A DNA stretch of 63,864 nucleotides, the filler included, from Choristocarpus tenellus KU-1152 (taxonomy: Eukaryota > Protista > Phaeophyceae): assembly GCA_964200185.2 (NCBI GenBank). It is 14 parts of 14 records of this genome, joined end to end, with 100 filler letters (N's around TTAATTAATTAA, not from the genome) between each part and the next. Parts side by side here need not be neighbours in the genome. Positions count along the whole stretch, not along the records: positions 11,531 to 14,266 come from CAXNAD020025195.1; positions 14,367 to 20,396 come from CAXNAD020009125.1; positions 20,497 to 23,191 come from CAXNAD020025586.1; positions 23,292 to 29,153 come from CAXNAD020009564.1; 10 more parts are not named here. One strand, written 5' to 3'. Position 1 is the first letter of the stretch. Each line of letters starts with the position of its first letter. Positions 13,387 through 24,425 of this stretch are shown here, in pieces. A program made the position numbers and the translations under genes. The notes below the pieces were generated by a model, which was not told the DNA's origin, did no database searches, and saw nothing but the letters and a program-made list of their open reading frames with translations.

Positions 13387-13645
13387 GACTCAAATTATCT
13401 TAGAGGGTAGAGCCGCGTCCATTTGGGGGCCAAAATCCAATGTTGCGATTTTGATGTAAATTTGGCTATTGTGTTTGTTAGGAAGTGTCAATATCCTTTT
13501 TCCGGGCACATATTTTAATGACGTATAAATACAACCTACTCTGAAATGTTTTGGGGTAGGTAGAATGTAATAAAATATCCGTGGGAAGCCAAGCCCCAAA
13601 TGGACAAACAAGGCAAAACTTGTGCCCTCTAAGATGCTTTCGCTC
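13387..13645 (-). mobile_element. MITE family A, complete but diverged copy
   Basis: Reverse-complement homologue of 47794-48050, with degenerate AAAGTATCTTAGAGGGTA TIRs. TSD not preserved. Confidence 0.85.
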
Positions 13646-14757
13646 CCCTGGCGAAATTTTCTTCCCCTTGAGTCTTGGATAACTGTCATGGAGGAGTGAA
13701 TGGGGAGTGGGCAAGTTCATGAGTTGTTGGTCAACGAGTGAATAATACTTTGTGTTGCGGCAGCGCCAGCGTAGTGCGCACGTTTTTACAGTAGGTGAGC
13801 AAAATCAATCTCAAGACTGGACGTACCCATTCATCTGGGAAGGTCTCCGTGCCTATCACGTACGAGAGAGAGTGTGTGTTCGACAGTAGTTTTTTGGCTT
13901 CCTGGTGGGAGAAGACACTTGCGGCGACCAGTACAATGTCGCTCCAATTGTAGTTTTGCGGGATCTCTCCTCTCAAGATGGAAAGTCCATCTCCAGCCAA
14001 GATATCAGTGCACATTCTTGCGAAATGCTGTTCCCCGATCTCTTTAGTGACTTAAACAAAGGGAGGGACATATTTCGCGTTTCAATTTGGAACCGGGGCA
14101 CGTGCAGTCAGGATTGCAAGGATGTCGGGTTAAGAATGTGCAGACAGAGGAATATATTGTGTGCAATGATCAAATGCCGCCAAGCACAACCGCACAGATA
14201 TGCCCGCAAAGTTGTCCAAGTGTTTGGGGGGTTAGGGTTAGGCCACCTGCTTTCTGTAGACATGGGNNNNNNNNNNNNNNNNNNNNNNNNNNNNNNNNNN
14301 NNNNNNNNNNTTAATTAATTAANNNNNNNNNNNNNNNNNNNNNNNNNNNNNNNNNNNNNNNNNNNNGGTGTAGACCTCCCCCCCCCTCCCAGATACTTTG
14401 GGTCAGAGAAGGGAAAAAATCGCCACTATGCAGCCACGGTACTGAAGAAGCACTAGCAGGAAAGACACAAAGGTGGGGTACCAGGGATTGTCTGTGCCTG
14501 CCTATTTCGCTAAATCTGGTGAATCGGTTCAATAAACATGCAGAAAACATGCTTTATCTGTCATGTGTAGCTGAGGGGTCTGTGTAAGATAACTTTAACG
14601 TTGAAAGCAAACTATATTAGGAATTCTTAAGCTAATAATATTGAAAGTATAACAGGCCAGGGCCCAGCCAAACAGCATAAAAAACGAATCACATTCTGGG
14701 TCAACCATTTCCCTCTATACAACACATGGTTTTTTAAAATGAACTCCAGGTAGGTGA

Positions 14758-15015
14758 GAGCGAAAGTATCTTACAGGGTAGGAGTTTTGCCCTGCTTGTC
14801 CATTTGGGGCTTGGATTTCCAAGGACTTTTTATGACATTTTACCTACTCGGAAATGTTTAGGAGTAGGTAAAATTTGTATGTTGTGAAAAGGTGTGTCTG
14901 GAACAAGGATATCGACACTTCCTGACAAACATGATAGCCAAAATTACATCAAACTTCAACATTGGGTTTTGGCCGCCAAACGGACACGGATCTACCCTCT
15001 AAGATACTTTGACTC
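14758..15015 (+). mobile_element. MITE family A, complete copy
   Basis: GAGCGAAAGTATCTTACAGGGTA ... TACCCTCTAAGATACTTTGACTC. The body aligns with the other A copies. No clean 4-bp TSD. Confidence 0.88.
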
Positions 15016-15139
15016 TGAAAGGTTAGTGGGTGGGGTCTAACGATCTTAGCATTAATTGATATTGCAAGTATGATAGTTACAACTGGATGAATGAATCAAA
15101 CCAACTCATAGGTTGGCAGGGTTGCATTTTATAGATCTC

Positions 15140-15337
15140 GAGAGAGGGCAAAAATATGCTATTTTGTACAATTGCAAGATGAGCCTTTGCTGAATTGTGG
15201 ATTCACATTGCGTGTAAATTTGCGTAAACTATTGTGCACATAAAGCAATGAAATGGAGGTGTTGCACAGGGTAAGAATGATTAATTGGAATGCAAAAGGG
15301 TTCTCAACCTTCCTACCTTTCAATTGGTCTGGCTAAT
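15140..15337 (+). repeat. Dispersed repeat; uninterrupted homologue of the sequence flanking MITE 8297-8627
   Basis: Aligns by eye to 8127-8296 joined to 8628-8677 (gagggcaaaaatatgc...ttttg.acaatt...aatgcaaaaggg...aacct.cctac...tcaatt). Confidence 0.7.
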
Positions 15338-15723
15338 ACTATCTGCTGGTTTGCTTTTAGCCATCATATATCTTAAGCACTCCTAATCGCTACACCGTAT
15401 TTATTACTATATTGACATTTTCCAAGTAATTCTGTAATTTTTTGTGTTATTTAAAAGAAAAAAATTGTCTTCACTTATTAAAAACTCTAGGGACTAATCT
15501 GACTCGTGGTCAGAGGCACTACACATTCGACTACGACTACTTCTCATCATTATATATTCTCGGAAATAATATGTATGACATGTACTACAGAAATCCTACT
15601 CCTCCTGTCTAATTGCCTAGGGGTAGTACCATTAAATGGTAGTACTATACTGCCTCCGTTGGTCCATTGCTTCTTGCGTATTGGGTTGAGCCATCCCACC
15701 TCTCATTGCTCCATCTCGTCCCT

Positions 15724-17247
15724 CTAATCTTGTAGTTGAAACGCTTTGGCGTCTCTCAGTAATGAGTGAAGGCTTGCTATCTCGTTTTTGATCTGGCGTT
15801 TTCGTGGTACAGGGATAACACTTTGTATTATTGTGAATAGGAAAGTATTGGATATATATCTACTAATAATGTGCTATTAATAGAAGTAGAAGCTGTAGTA
15901 GTATTAATTGTAATGGGTGGGCAATGAATAATCGAGAACAGTTTTCCCTGAAAGACGTCTGGCATCGATGGGGTTCAAACCTTCGAAATCCATACAGGGA
16001 ACGAACTATCATTTATTGATTTGATTGGTTCATTAGTATCATAATGTCACGCATTTGTTCGAACATGTAGTGATCCTCAAAACAAGGAGAAAACAATAGG
16101 CAGATAGGGTCAAGGAGAAGAAAGGGACATACACCATACTCGATCCCATGGTCAACAAAGGAACGCAAACGATATGTATATATATGTATGTATATATAGG
16201 ACTATGTAATAAAAAGAATGGCAAATTCATCAATCAAGTCCACCGAGATAAGAAAGTAGTGAGCAGAAAGAAAAAGGGCACTTCAAGGATCAGCTCCAGC
16301 ATCAAGGACCATAATCGGTTCAAGGGGTGAATATCCATAAGCACTTCGGAACATCTAGGTTTAAAGTCTTAACAATCCTCTTCTCCTCCAATGAAGAAAG
16401 AAGGTTCGGCAGGTAGGTATTTTACACGTAGTTGGTCAAGTCCGCTTTCGCATGATGGGCGACTGTTTCAACCTTTCATGAAGTATTTGGTTCCAAGCCC
16501 AACGCATCTGTGGCACCTGCTCAAAGTCTTCTGCAAGAGAAACACACTGATAAGCAGTTATGATGTCGAAAGCCTTGAGGTCATCTTGGAGGGCACCTCA
16601 CCCAGTTTTTCTCCATGTCTCTTCTCCCCTTTTGGTTTCTGAGTGTTGAGTTCTCCAACCATGAGGTTCTTGGGTGATCGATCATGTTCCATTTGCAACT
16701 GTGCAAATTACCTTGGGAGGTAATGCTATTTGTTAGTAGTGAAGATAAGGTGTGAAGCCTCACACAACCCCCTTTGCTGAAGGTGATTACATGGTTGAAG
16801 ATTAGAAGAGTGACCTTTGTGTGGTGTCTTCTCATTGCTTGTTTATTATTTATTTGTGCTTCCTATCTGAGTCAACGGTCATGTCAAAGTAGTTGGATAC
16901 AGAATAAATATCAATACACAATCCCATACATAATCTGGATGTACTATTTTATTAGTTGCATCACATGGACTCAATTCAACACAATAATCTCATATATATA
17001 CACAAAATAAGGTACACGTCACTATTGTCCTATTTTGCACAGCAACAGGAAACCTGTAAATGGTAAGAGTTTTCTTTTGCGTATACTGGGCCCAATGCAA
17101 TCGCATCCAGTTCTCTTCAGGGCTTACCTGTATGACACGAGGTGGTTCATACGTTTCCGTTTGTGGCTCAATGGAGCGCTGTAGGAATTTGCAGTGGTGG
17201 GCACGGAGTGAGACGAAATGATCATTTCTCGAAGTGTCCACACCCAT
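15724..17247 (-). CDS. Hypothetical small spliced gene divergent from CDC26
   Basis: Five phase-compatible GT-AG exons can be joined to give MGVDTSRNDH...PRVIQ / KPKGEKRHGEKL / EDFEQVPQMRWAWNQILHER / CSEVLMDIHPLNRLWSLMLELILE / IKNEIASLHSLLRDAKAFQLQD*. No homology recognised. Confidence 0.3.
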
Positions 17248-17537
17248 ACACGAGACAAGAGTTTCCAGTACTTCGGCTTCGAGCATCCAAAACTTTAGAT
17301 CAATCAAGTGGTACACCTACCACTCCATCATATAACTCTTTCCTGTACTTCTTGAACTGTTCAAATGTTTATTATACAGATGATGGTAAGATCGTCTGGT
17401 CAATCACACCCTCAATCGTTTCTATATAAATCTTGTAGATATTGGACACAAACGGGTATATATGTACCTTAATTGTTCATCAAAGGAGTTGGTTTATGGC
17501 ATCAACACATCGACTTTCATCACCCCCAATACAAACC

Positions 17538-17762
17538 ATGATTCATCGGAAGCCAACTAGAGTTGAGCTTACATCGGAAGACGCACAAGAATACGAAGAG
17601 TTGCAGAAGAAACGGGAGGCTGAGCGTCAGCAGGGAACTGCTCCGAAAGACGGGGACGGGGCAAAGAACGGGACAACAATCCAACCCTCTGCCACAGACG
17701 CAAGACGAGACGCCCTTGCTGCGAGGAAGGACGCCATTGCCGAGAGGATAGGGATTTCCTGA
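17538..17762 (+). CDS. CDC26: Anaphase-promoting complex subunit CDC26 (APC12), 74 aa, intronless
   Basis: The N-terminus MIHRKPTRVELTSEDAQEYEELQKKRE matches the conserved CDC26 motif M(L/I)RRKPTR(L/I)ELxxxDxxE(F/Y)E. It is followed by a charged disordered tail and ends in ERIG. Size is typical. Confidence 0.9.
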   Translation: MIHRKPTRVELTSEDAQEYEELQKKREAERQQGTAPKDGDGAKNGTTIQPSATDARRDALAARKDAIAERIGIS

Positions 17763-17799
17763 TCTTGAGCAAAAGGGGAAGCTTTAGAGTTTGCTTTCA

Positions 17800-18321
17800 A
17801 TGAAGGAAGTCGGGTTCTGGAATGATCCGAGGAACCTCGACGACCTCCGCCCTGATCCAAGGTTGTTCGTTGATGAAAGTTGGGGCTCGAAATCAGTAGA
17901 AGTAGCAGCCGTGATCCTATACATCAAAACTGGTTATATTGAGTCGTTTGAGCTGGGCTATTCATTCTGCAGATTTGGGTGCGGGTTGAAAGATGAAGTT
18001 GGTGACACTCCAGGAATGACTGAGATGGGATGCTGCACGCTCACGGACGGGGAGTACATTTGGCCGGAGGGTTATGAACACTACATACGCCGACATGCTG
18101 TGCGTCCACCGGATACTTTCATTCACCGTTCACTGGAAAACCTCAAGAGACTGCAGGATGTGCAGGAAGGGGGAAGGATGCGATGGGTGGAGGAGGAGGG
18201 GGCACCAGCAGTGTTGGACCAAGGGACCAAGACCTTCCTGGATGAGCGGACGACTTTGGGTACACGCGTTCCCCATTCCTCTAAGTCAGGACTCCTAGGA
18301 GAAAGGTGCTGTTTAGCTTAA
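17800..18321 (+). CDS. Uncharacterised 173-aa protein with Cys/His putative metal site; intronless; starts 37 nt after the CDC26 stop
   Basis: Clean ORF with PDPRLFVDESW, GYSFCRFGCG and MGCCTLTDGEYIWPEGYEHYIRRHAVRPPDTFI. As I recall, this motif pattern is typical of a family of bacterial and giant-virus hypothetical proteins. Ends in CCLA*. Confidence 0.85.
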   Translation: MKEVGFWNDPRNLDDLRPDPRLFVDESWGSKSVEVAAVILYIKTGYIESFELGYSFCRFGCGLKDEVGDTPGMTEMGCCTLTDGEYIWPEGYEHYIRRHAVRPPDTFIHRSLENLKRLQDVQEGGRMRWVEEEGAPAVLDQGTKTFLDERTTLGTRVPHSSKSGLLGERCCLA

Positions 18322-20331
18322 GGTCACTAGCTTGCAATTTTTGCATCCAAAACCAGTTCGGATAATATTGTCTTGTGTGCTGCAGTGGTGCCTATCAATG
18401 GGATATTGAATGAAGCTGGAAACAATCATTTCAAGCAACTTTATAATATTTATAATACTCTACGCTTTTCCTGCTATGGATCATGGTGAGCCCTTGAGAG
18501 AGGACGGGAGGAGTGGGCAAAAGTTTGTTTTGGTTTCAGGTATCAACACAAAAGAAAACGCCTCAGTCCACAATGCAGTGTGAAGGATTAGATGTGTGGA
18601 AGGGAGAAGAGAATTGTGATTCATCTCTTCGGTTGATGTAGAAGTCGGCGGAAGTAGCTAATGTTTCGTTTCGTTGCACCCTAGTACAATAACGTAACAT
18701 ACACATATGAAGGGTATAGCTGACGAAACTCATCTCATAGTGTGTAGTAATAAACACTTGTAAAATGTAATGTACAATAAGAAATGCAAATGGAAGTATT
18801 TCGCCCTTATGTCAGAGGGAAAAATGCGAGTCGAAGGTATTTGAATGCAAACGGAGAGAGTACAGCTCACCTCAGGTACAGCACCACTTGAACTCTACCC
18901 TCAGGCTTACACCTTTAAACCATATGTGTACATGCAGAACTTGTGTAGCGACAGATCCTGTGGACTCCTTGAGCTGTATAGCTAGGGTCTGCATGTTGAG
19001 ACAAACTTGTAGGCAAAGCAATGCCAAATTCAAATGCTCTTTTGTGTTATTTATTTCCCGGTCACTTCTATGTGAGTTTTACAGACTAGTTCCTGACATC
19101 TCTCTTTGCACAGCCAAATACACCCTGGATTAGCAAAAGGCTCACAACCCAGGAAAGAGGAAGACTTGCTTCCTGAGGGCTGTATTCAAGGGTGACAAAT
19201 AGTTCGCCCATACTGATGATCTTGCCAAGCATCATGAACAAATACGACTATCATTTTGGTATATCCTGATAGCCTCAGCCATCTCATCCTTTATTTTTTG
19301 GGATTTAGGGGTACTTACAAGATGCATCATGATTGCTTGTCAGCCCAATCCTGCCCAGCTTGGTTTTGGCCATAGAGAGACAGTACTTCAAACAGGAGAA
19401 CAAGTTGCCTTCCATGTTGCGCTTGCTGTGCTGTAGGGGGCAGCCGACCCGAGTGCTGTTTCTATATTTCAACAAAAAAATGATGGTTTTGAAGCAGATC
19501 ACCAGGTAGTAATGATGTGTGTGGTTGATTGTCGACACTTTGCACAAAAACGTAAGATAATAGTGCTCCTCCTACATAGTCACTCACCATGCAATCACCC
19601 CCTTGCTCGGACCTGGCACACTTCTTGGTCTTAACATCCTTGCCCCAAAGAATCTCGAACTTTGCCGATACACAGGTAACCATATCTGAAATATTTGTAT
19701 GCCCAGGAAACAGGACCCCTCAGAAGGGTCTTCGACAGATAGACCAAAATCGTGTGAACGCTTTAATCTGAAGTAGTATTCATTGCACGGCGCAGTGTTG
19801 TCACACACAGGTAGGTATGATATTGTAGTAGTTTCATTTTTTAGAAAGAAGTCTTTTGAAAGTGACCACTCTTAACACAAGACCTTTAGAATTCAGAGTG
19901 ATTCGTTGAAACCCACAGTGGGATCTTCTATAGCATTTGAATTTTAGTTCTGCTGGAGGAACAAACTTGGAATTTTCTAATCCATGGTGTAGTTTGTCGG
20001 TAGTGGGGAGCTTGTTGAAATGAGACCCAATCTGGCGATGTTTTGTGCGCTTGTGCTGGCTCTCTTATAATATCAAGGCGTGCATCTACCTTACGCAGTG
20101 ACAATGGTGATGCTTGTTGTTTGTGTGTTTTGTCATAACCCCATATGTTGTGTGCTAACCCATATGTTCTATGTACCACTACTATTCCTACTTCTACTTT
20201 GCTGCAAGTACTACTGCTACCACTACCATCACAATATAAATCGACAGCTGCACGCATCTTATGATAATTGTCTGAAATTCCTCTTTTCCGCCTCTGCCCC
20301 TTCTTCTAGTGTTATTGTTATGGTTGTCGAA

Positions 20332-20396
20332 GAGTAAAAGTATCTTAGAGGGTACGAGTTTTGCCCTGTTTGTCCATTTGGTGCTTGACTTCCCAT
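20332..20396 (+). mobile_element. MITE family A, left end (truncated by spacer)
   Basis: GAGTAAAAGTATCTTAGAGGGTACGAGTTTTGCCCTGTTTGTCCATTTGG. Confidence 0.85.
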
Positions 20397-23300
20397 NNNN
20401 NNNNNNNNNNNNNNNNNNNNNNNNNNNNNNNNNNNNNNNNTTAATTAATTAANNNNNNNNNNNNNNNNNNNNNNNNNNNNNNNNNNNNNNNNNNNNCGTG
20501 TGCTATGATGTTCCTGTGTGTGATGTGGATCAACTGAATATCAACTGATGCTATGCTTCTATCTACTGTCATCGATGTGGTGATGAGTTGGAATGCGCAA
20601 TAAATAAATGAACACTAATAACCAGTGCAGTGCACCAACCAATCAACAGTCAGTACAAGCTGGTAGATGCGTATCATATCAACAAGGAACAAATGAATAG
20701 CCTATGTTTTAACAGGACATATTAGGTTGTAGTGAACAACCACTTATGGGACACACTCTTGTATTATTAGTTCTTGAAATGCCTTCTATAGCAGTGTACA
20801 CATTAATTTTGTACTTCGAAGTACTGAATAAGCTTTAAAGGAGATATTGTTGTATTTGTAAGTTGCCAGAGAGTACATATTTTTAGCAAGTACTATAGAA
20901 AATTTACACATACATTACTTTATATTGAACAAAGTTTTAAAGGTACATTTTCGAATTACTAGAGTACATGTTGTTTCGAATAAACCACGTTTTTTAGAGA
21001 GGTGTCTTAGCATTGACGACAAGTGTTGTATTTACAGCAGTCCCAAGTATTTGTATTTTATTTATATTTTTTGCATCTTAGTCATGGATAATCCCAACCA
21101 GTAGCTACAGGTACTTACAAACTGCACCTCTCTCATACTATCTACTCTCTGTTGCACTGCAACTAATTATCTACTCCGTTCCTGCCTTGACTATCACTCG
21201 TTGGGTTCTGCACTCCCACCACTCGTCACTCCGCTTCCTCCCTCTAGTCTTCTCCTGGATCCGCCCCAAAGTTTCCCACCTTGATATTGATCGGGCGTTT
21301 CTGTGGTATAGGAGAGGAAGGATAGTACAGGGTGTAAGATCTGTTCTCTTTGCCAAGTGGAAAACAGCATAATCGAAAACAGATTTTCTTGAAAAACACT
21401 ATGTTGTTCAAGGGACTCGAACCCTCGAGAGATGAGCAGGTTTAGTCACTGCGCACACAAGGACTCTACGTCCAACTTTGACACTCTCTATAGTAGAAAA
21501 TTTCTTGCAAGGAAGGAAAATCCACACACTTACCCCCACCAAAATCGTACAACACGCGTGCGTGCAAATCAAACAACCGTACAAGGTCTTCGACTGAAAG
21601 GTAGCTGTCAAAAACTCAATATTCCCCTACCTGTATAAGACATGTCCTTTCAATTGACCAGGCAATTGTTGCATAACTACAGTGTGTGTGAAGATCGTCA
21701 CTCAGACTTACATAGACACCTGCTATTTTTGCCACTGGCGAGGTAACCGCCAATTGTAGTTGTCAGTAGGTGTCGTCATCAAATGTAATTGCTCGCCATC
21801 ACTGATATGGACACCACAAGATGATCCTTTCCAATCAATTCTCAACGTCCATCCGATCGTCTCCCTTCAATCCCCTTGATGTATTTAATAAAATATCTTA
21901 ACCCTCTCACTCCACTTTCTCCATGTTTCTTCTTCGCCTCCCTCTTCTCGCTCAGTCCCACGGGCTTAGACACGTTGGGCAGCATTAATGGCACGTTGAA
22001 TGTCGGCACCAACACATATTCCTGTCGACAAGCTGCTGGGGATATTAGTGATGTAGGGAACAAAATTGGTGGCTCCTCTGCACCCATCACAAACGTGCCT
22101 CCTCCTGGTACCGACAGATCAACCAAATTTCAACAATGCACTTCTAAATCGCCAAACTTCAGGGAAATAATCCCTTCCAATCGCGCCACTGACAGCTACC
22201 TCTTTCATGTGGGCCAATGGGATGAGTTACGATATGGGATCTATTACCACGATCACCTGATCTCGCTCGAAAAACCGGAAAAGAGTCGACTCTGGCTGAT
22301 ATTGCTGCAGAGGAAGAGGTGGTTTATTGGGAGGGTGTAGCGCAAGACCTACGATTCGTCCTCTACTGCCCCAAAATGTAGATCATAGGACACTGGGTCA
22401 GGCTATGGCCCCTGACATTGTGAGAAGTGAAGGAGCCCCTCAGGGTTGGAAGGAGTGTCATGTTGTGAGGAATGGAATGGAGAGGAGTAGAGGGTTCGGT
22501 CACTTGCACCACACACAACACAAAACCAACCTTTCCCAATGGGATGTTGCCATAGCCAATATTGTGGGATGCGCCCCTGCCCCTTCTTCTTACCCCCATT
22601 CAAGTCAAGGTCTTTGAGGATCCGTGTTATTTTTGACGTGCAGTCGTTAAATGATCCTTCAGAATTATCGAGGAACAGCTGGACTGGGCTTCTACAAAAC
22701 GTTGAATCTTTGTAGTTCAGAAGAATAATGCCCCTCCAAATACACCAAGAGAACCTTAACAAATAAGGAGCTAGGAATTGAGCTAGGAAAAGCCTAATAG
22801 TGGAATTGTACACTCAGCATCAACCTGACAGCAGTCTACCATGAAGTAGGGGACGAGTGTTTGGGGGGAGTATGATCAGTTTTGGGATGTAATTATACCT
22901 AGTTGTCTTACCTACATAGTACATTTGGTTTTGAAGTACTCTAGAGTACATGATTTGTGAGGGTGGCGAGAAGCAGAGAGTATACGCATTGTAGTGTGTG
23001 TGGCATCGCGACAAACGCAAGAGGAGGGAGACCGTTGGGGGGTTTTGGACGACGACCACTGTTGTCAGATATGTCGTGCAAGCATTTCGTGATACTTTAT
23101 GCATCATGCAGAGGCGATAAACCTTTTGCGTGGTGACGATACCTTTTTTGTTTGGGGGTGGGAGATGAGGGTCAAAGTATCTGGGAGGGGGNNNNNNNNN
23201 NNNNNNNNNNNNNNNNNNNNNNNNNNNNNNNNNNNTTAATTAATTAANNNNNNNNNNNNNNNNNNNNNNNNNNNNNNNNNNNNNNNNNNNNAATAAAAAA

Positions 23301-23449
23301 GGGACCCCCCCCCCTCCCCCCTACTCTGGAGAGTCTTGTGATGGGCATCATGAATATGCATTTATGTTTAAAATCCGACGTCTACATCAAAAGTGATGAT
23401 ATGGAACAACCCTGGAAGAAAAAGCTATTGGTACCATTATACCAGGTAT

Positions 23450-24150
23450 CCTGTACCACTGCCTTCCTGTACCTCCAACCTAGCATATTCTTGCACACCA
23501 GGGTAAGGAGGAAGGGAAGCATCCCAAGAATCTAACAAACCCCTCCTTGCAAATAAATCTTCCTGGTGTCTCCAGGTTAGAACACATGACACGTATAGAC
23601 AGGGCTACCTGCGTTGTAACAGAGACTATTTGTCGTAGGCGGGATTTGACCGCCCCTTTCCTGCTGTAGCCTCCAGTCCCTCTCCCCCCTACCCTGTGCG
23701 TACCTAGCTCATCCAGGAAAATTTACGCTTGCTTAAGGTAACAATATCATCGCGTTAATGTAACAACAGTATTTGGATGGTAACGTATGGTAGGGTGAAT
23801 GGTAGTACCTACGGTTGTGGAATTGTTGGTGGTGGTTTTAGATTTCAGATGGTAGGGTTGTGGCATAATAACCACCTCTCAACATTTTCCAAAACCACAA
23901 CTGTAACGTAACTGTATAACAATCATTTGAATATTGTAAGCATTAGTATTCCCAATTTCCTTTCATTTGATGTAAAGAAAGAAAGTGTAATGAAACATTA
24001 CTCAATATTATATTTATTATTATTATGCCCTCTGACATTTTGCAGATGTGTCAGGGAGAAAACCAATGAAAACTTTACATATGTCGTTATTAGCCCTAAA
24101 GAAATAAAATATCCTAAACGTGAGAACACTATAAAACACTGTAAGTGTGA
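23450..24150 (+). repeat. Dispersed repeat family C/D
   Basis: 23450-23640 aligns with ~57195-57370. 24005-24150 carries TTATGCCCTCTGACATTTTGCAGATGTGTCAGGG-AAAACCAATGAAAACT, also seen at 55845, 55920, 56650, 57061 and inverted at ~38460-38520. Confidence 0.8.
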
Positions 24151-24425
24151 AATATTATACATACAATATTTGATTTTTTTTCCCCTTCGACATAACATTC
24201 TATTCTAACATATAGATGTCGATGTTCCCAAATTCATCAAGTGATGTATGTAGATATTCTTTCTTCTTAAAATCGTCCCGTATCATGCATGCGTGGTAGT
24301 GTATCGTATGTAGGGTATGATCAAAGGTTATTGTCCCACCACTCTGACCACCAAATCGTTACTTGTACGGTCGCGTGCCCAACATTAACCTTAACTGCAC
24401 AATTCAATCCAGGTCAAAGGTGACG

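Noticed and set aside
17442-17537. N-terminal extension of CDC26 from the ORF track (TTG 17442, in-frame ATG ~17497)
   Set aside because: CDC26 homologues begin exactly at the M-x-x-R/K-K-P-T motif, so 17538 is preferred. An upstream start cannot be formally excluded without TSS data.
21842-22813. Overlapping ORFs on both strands
   Set aside because: No recognisable motif and no consistent splice model.
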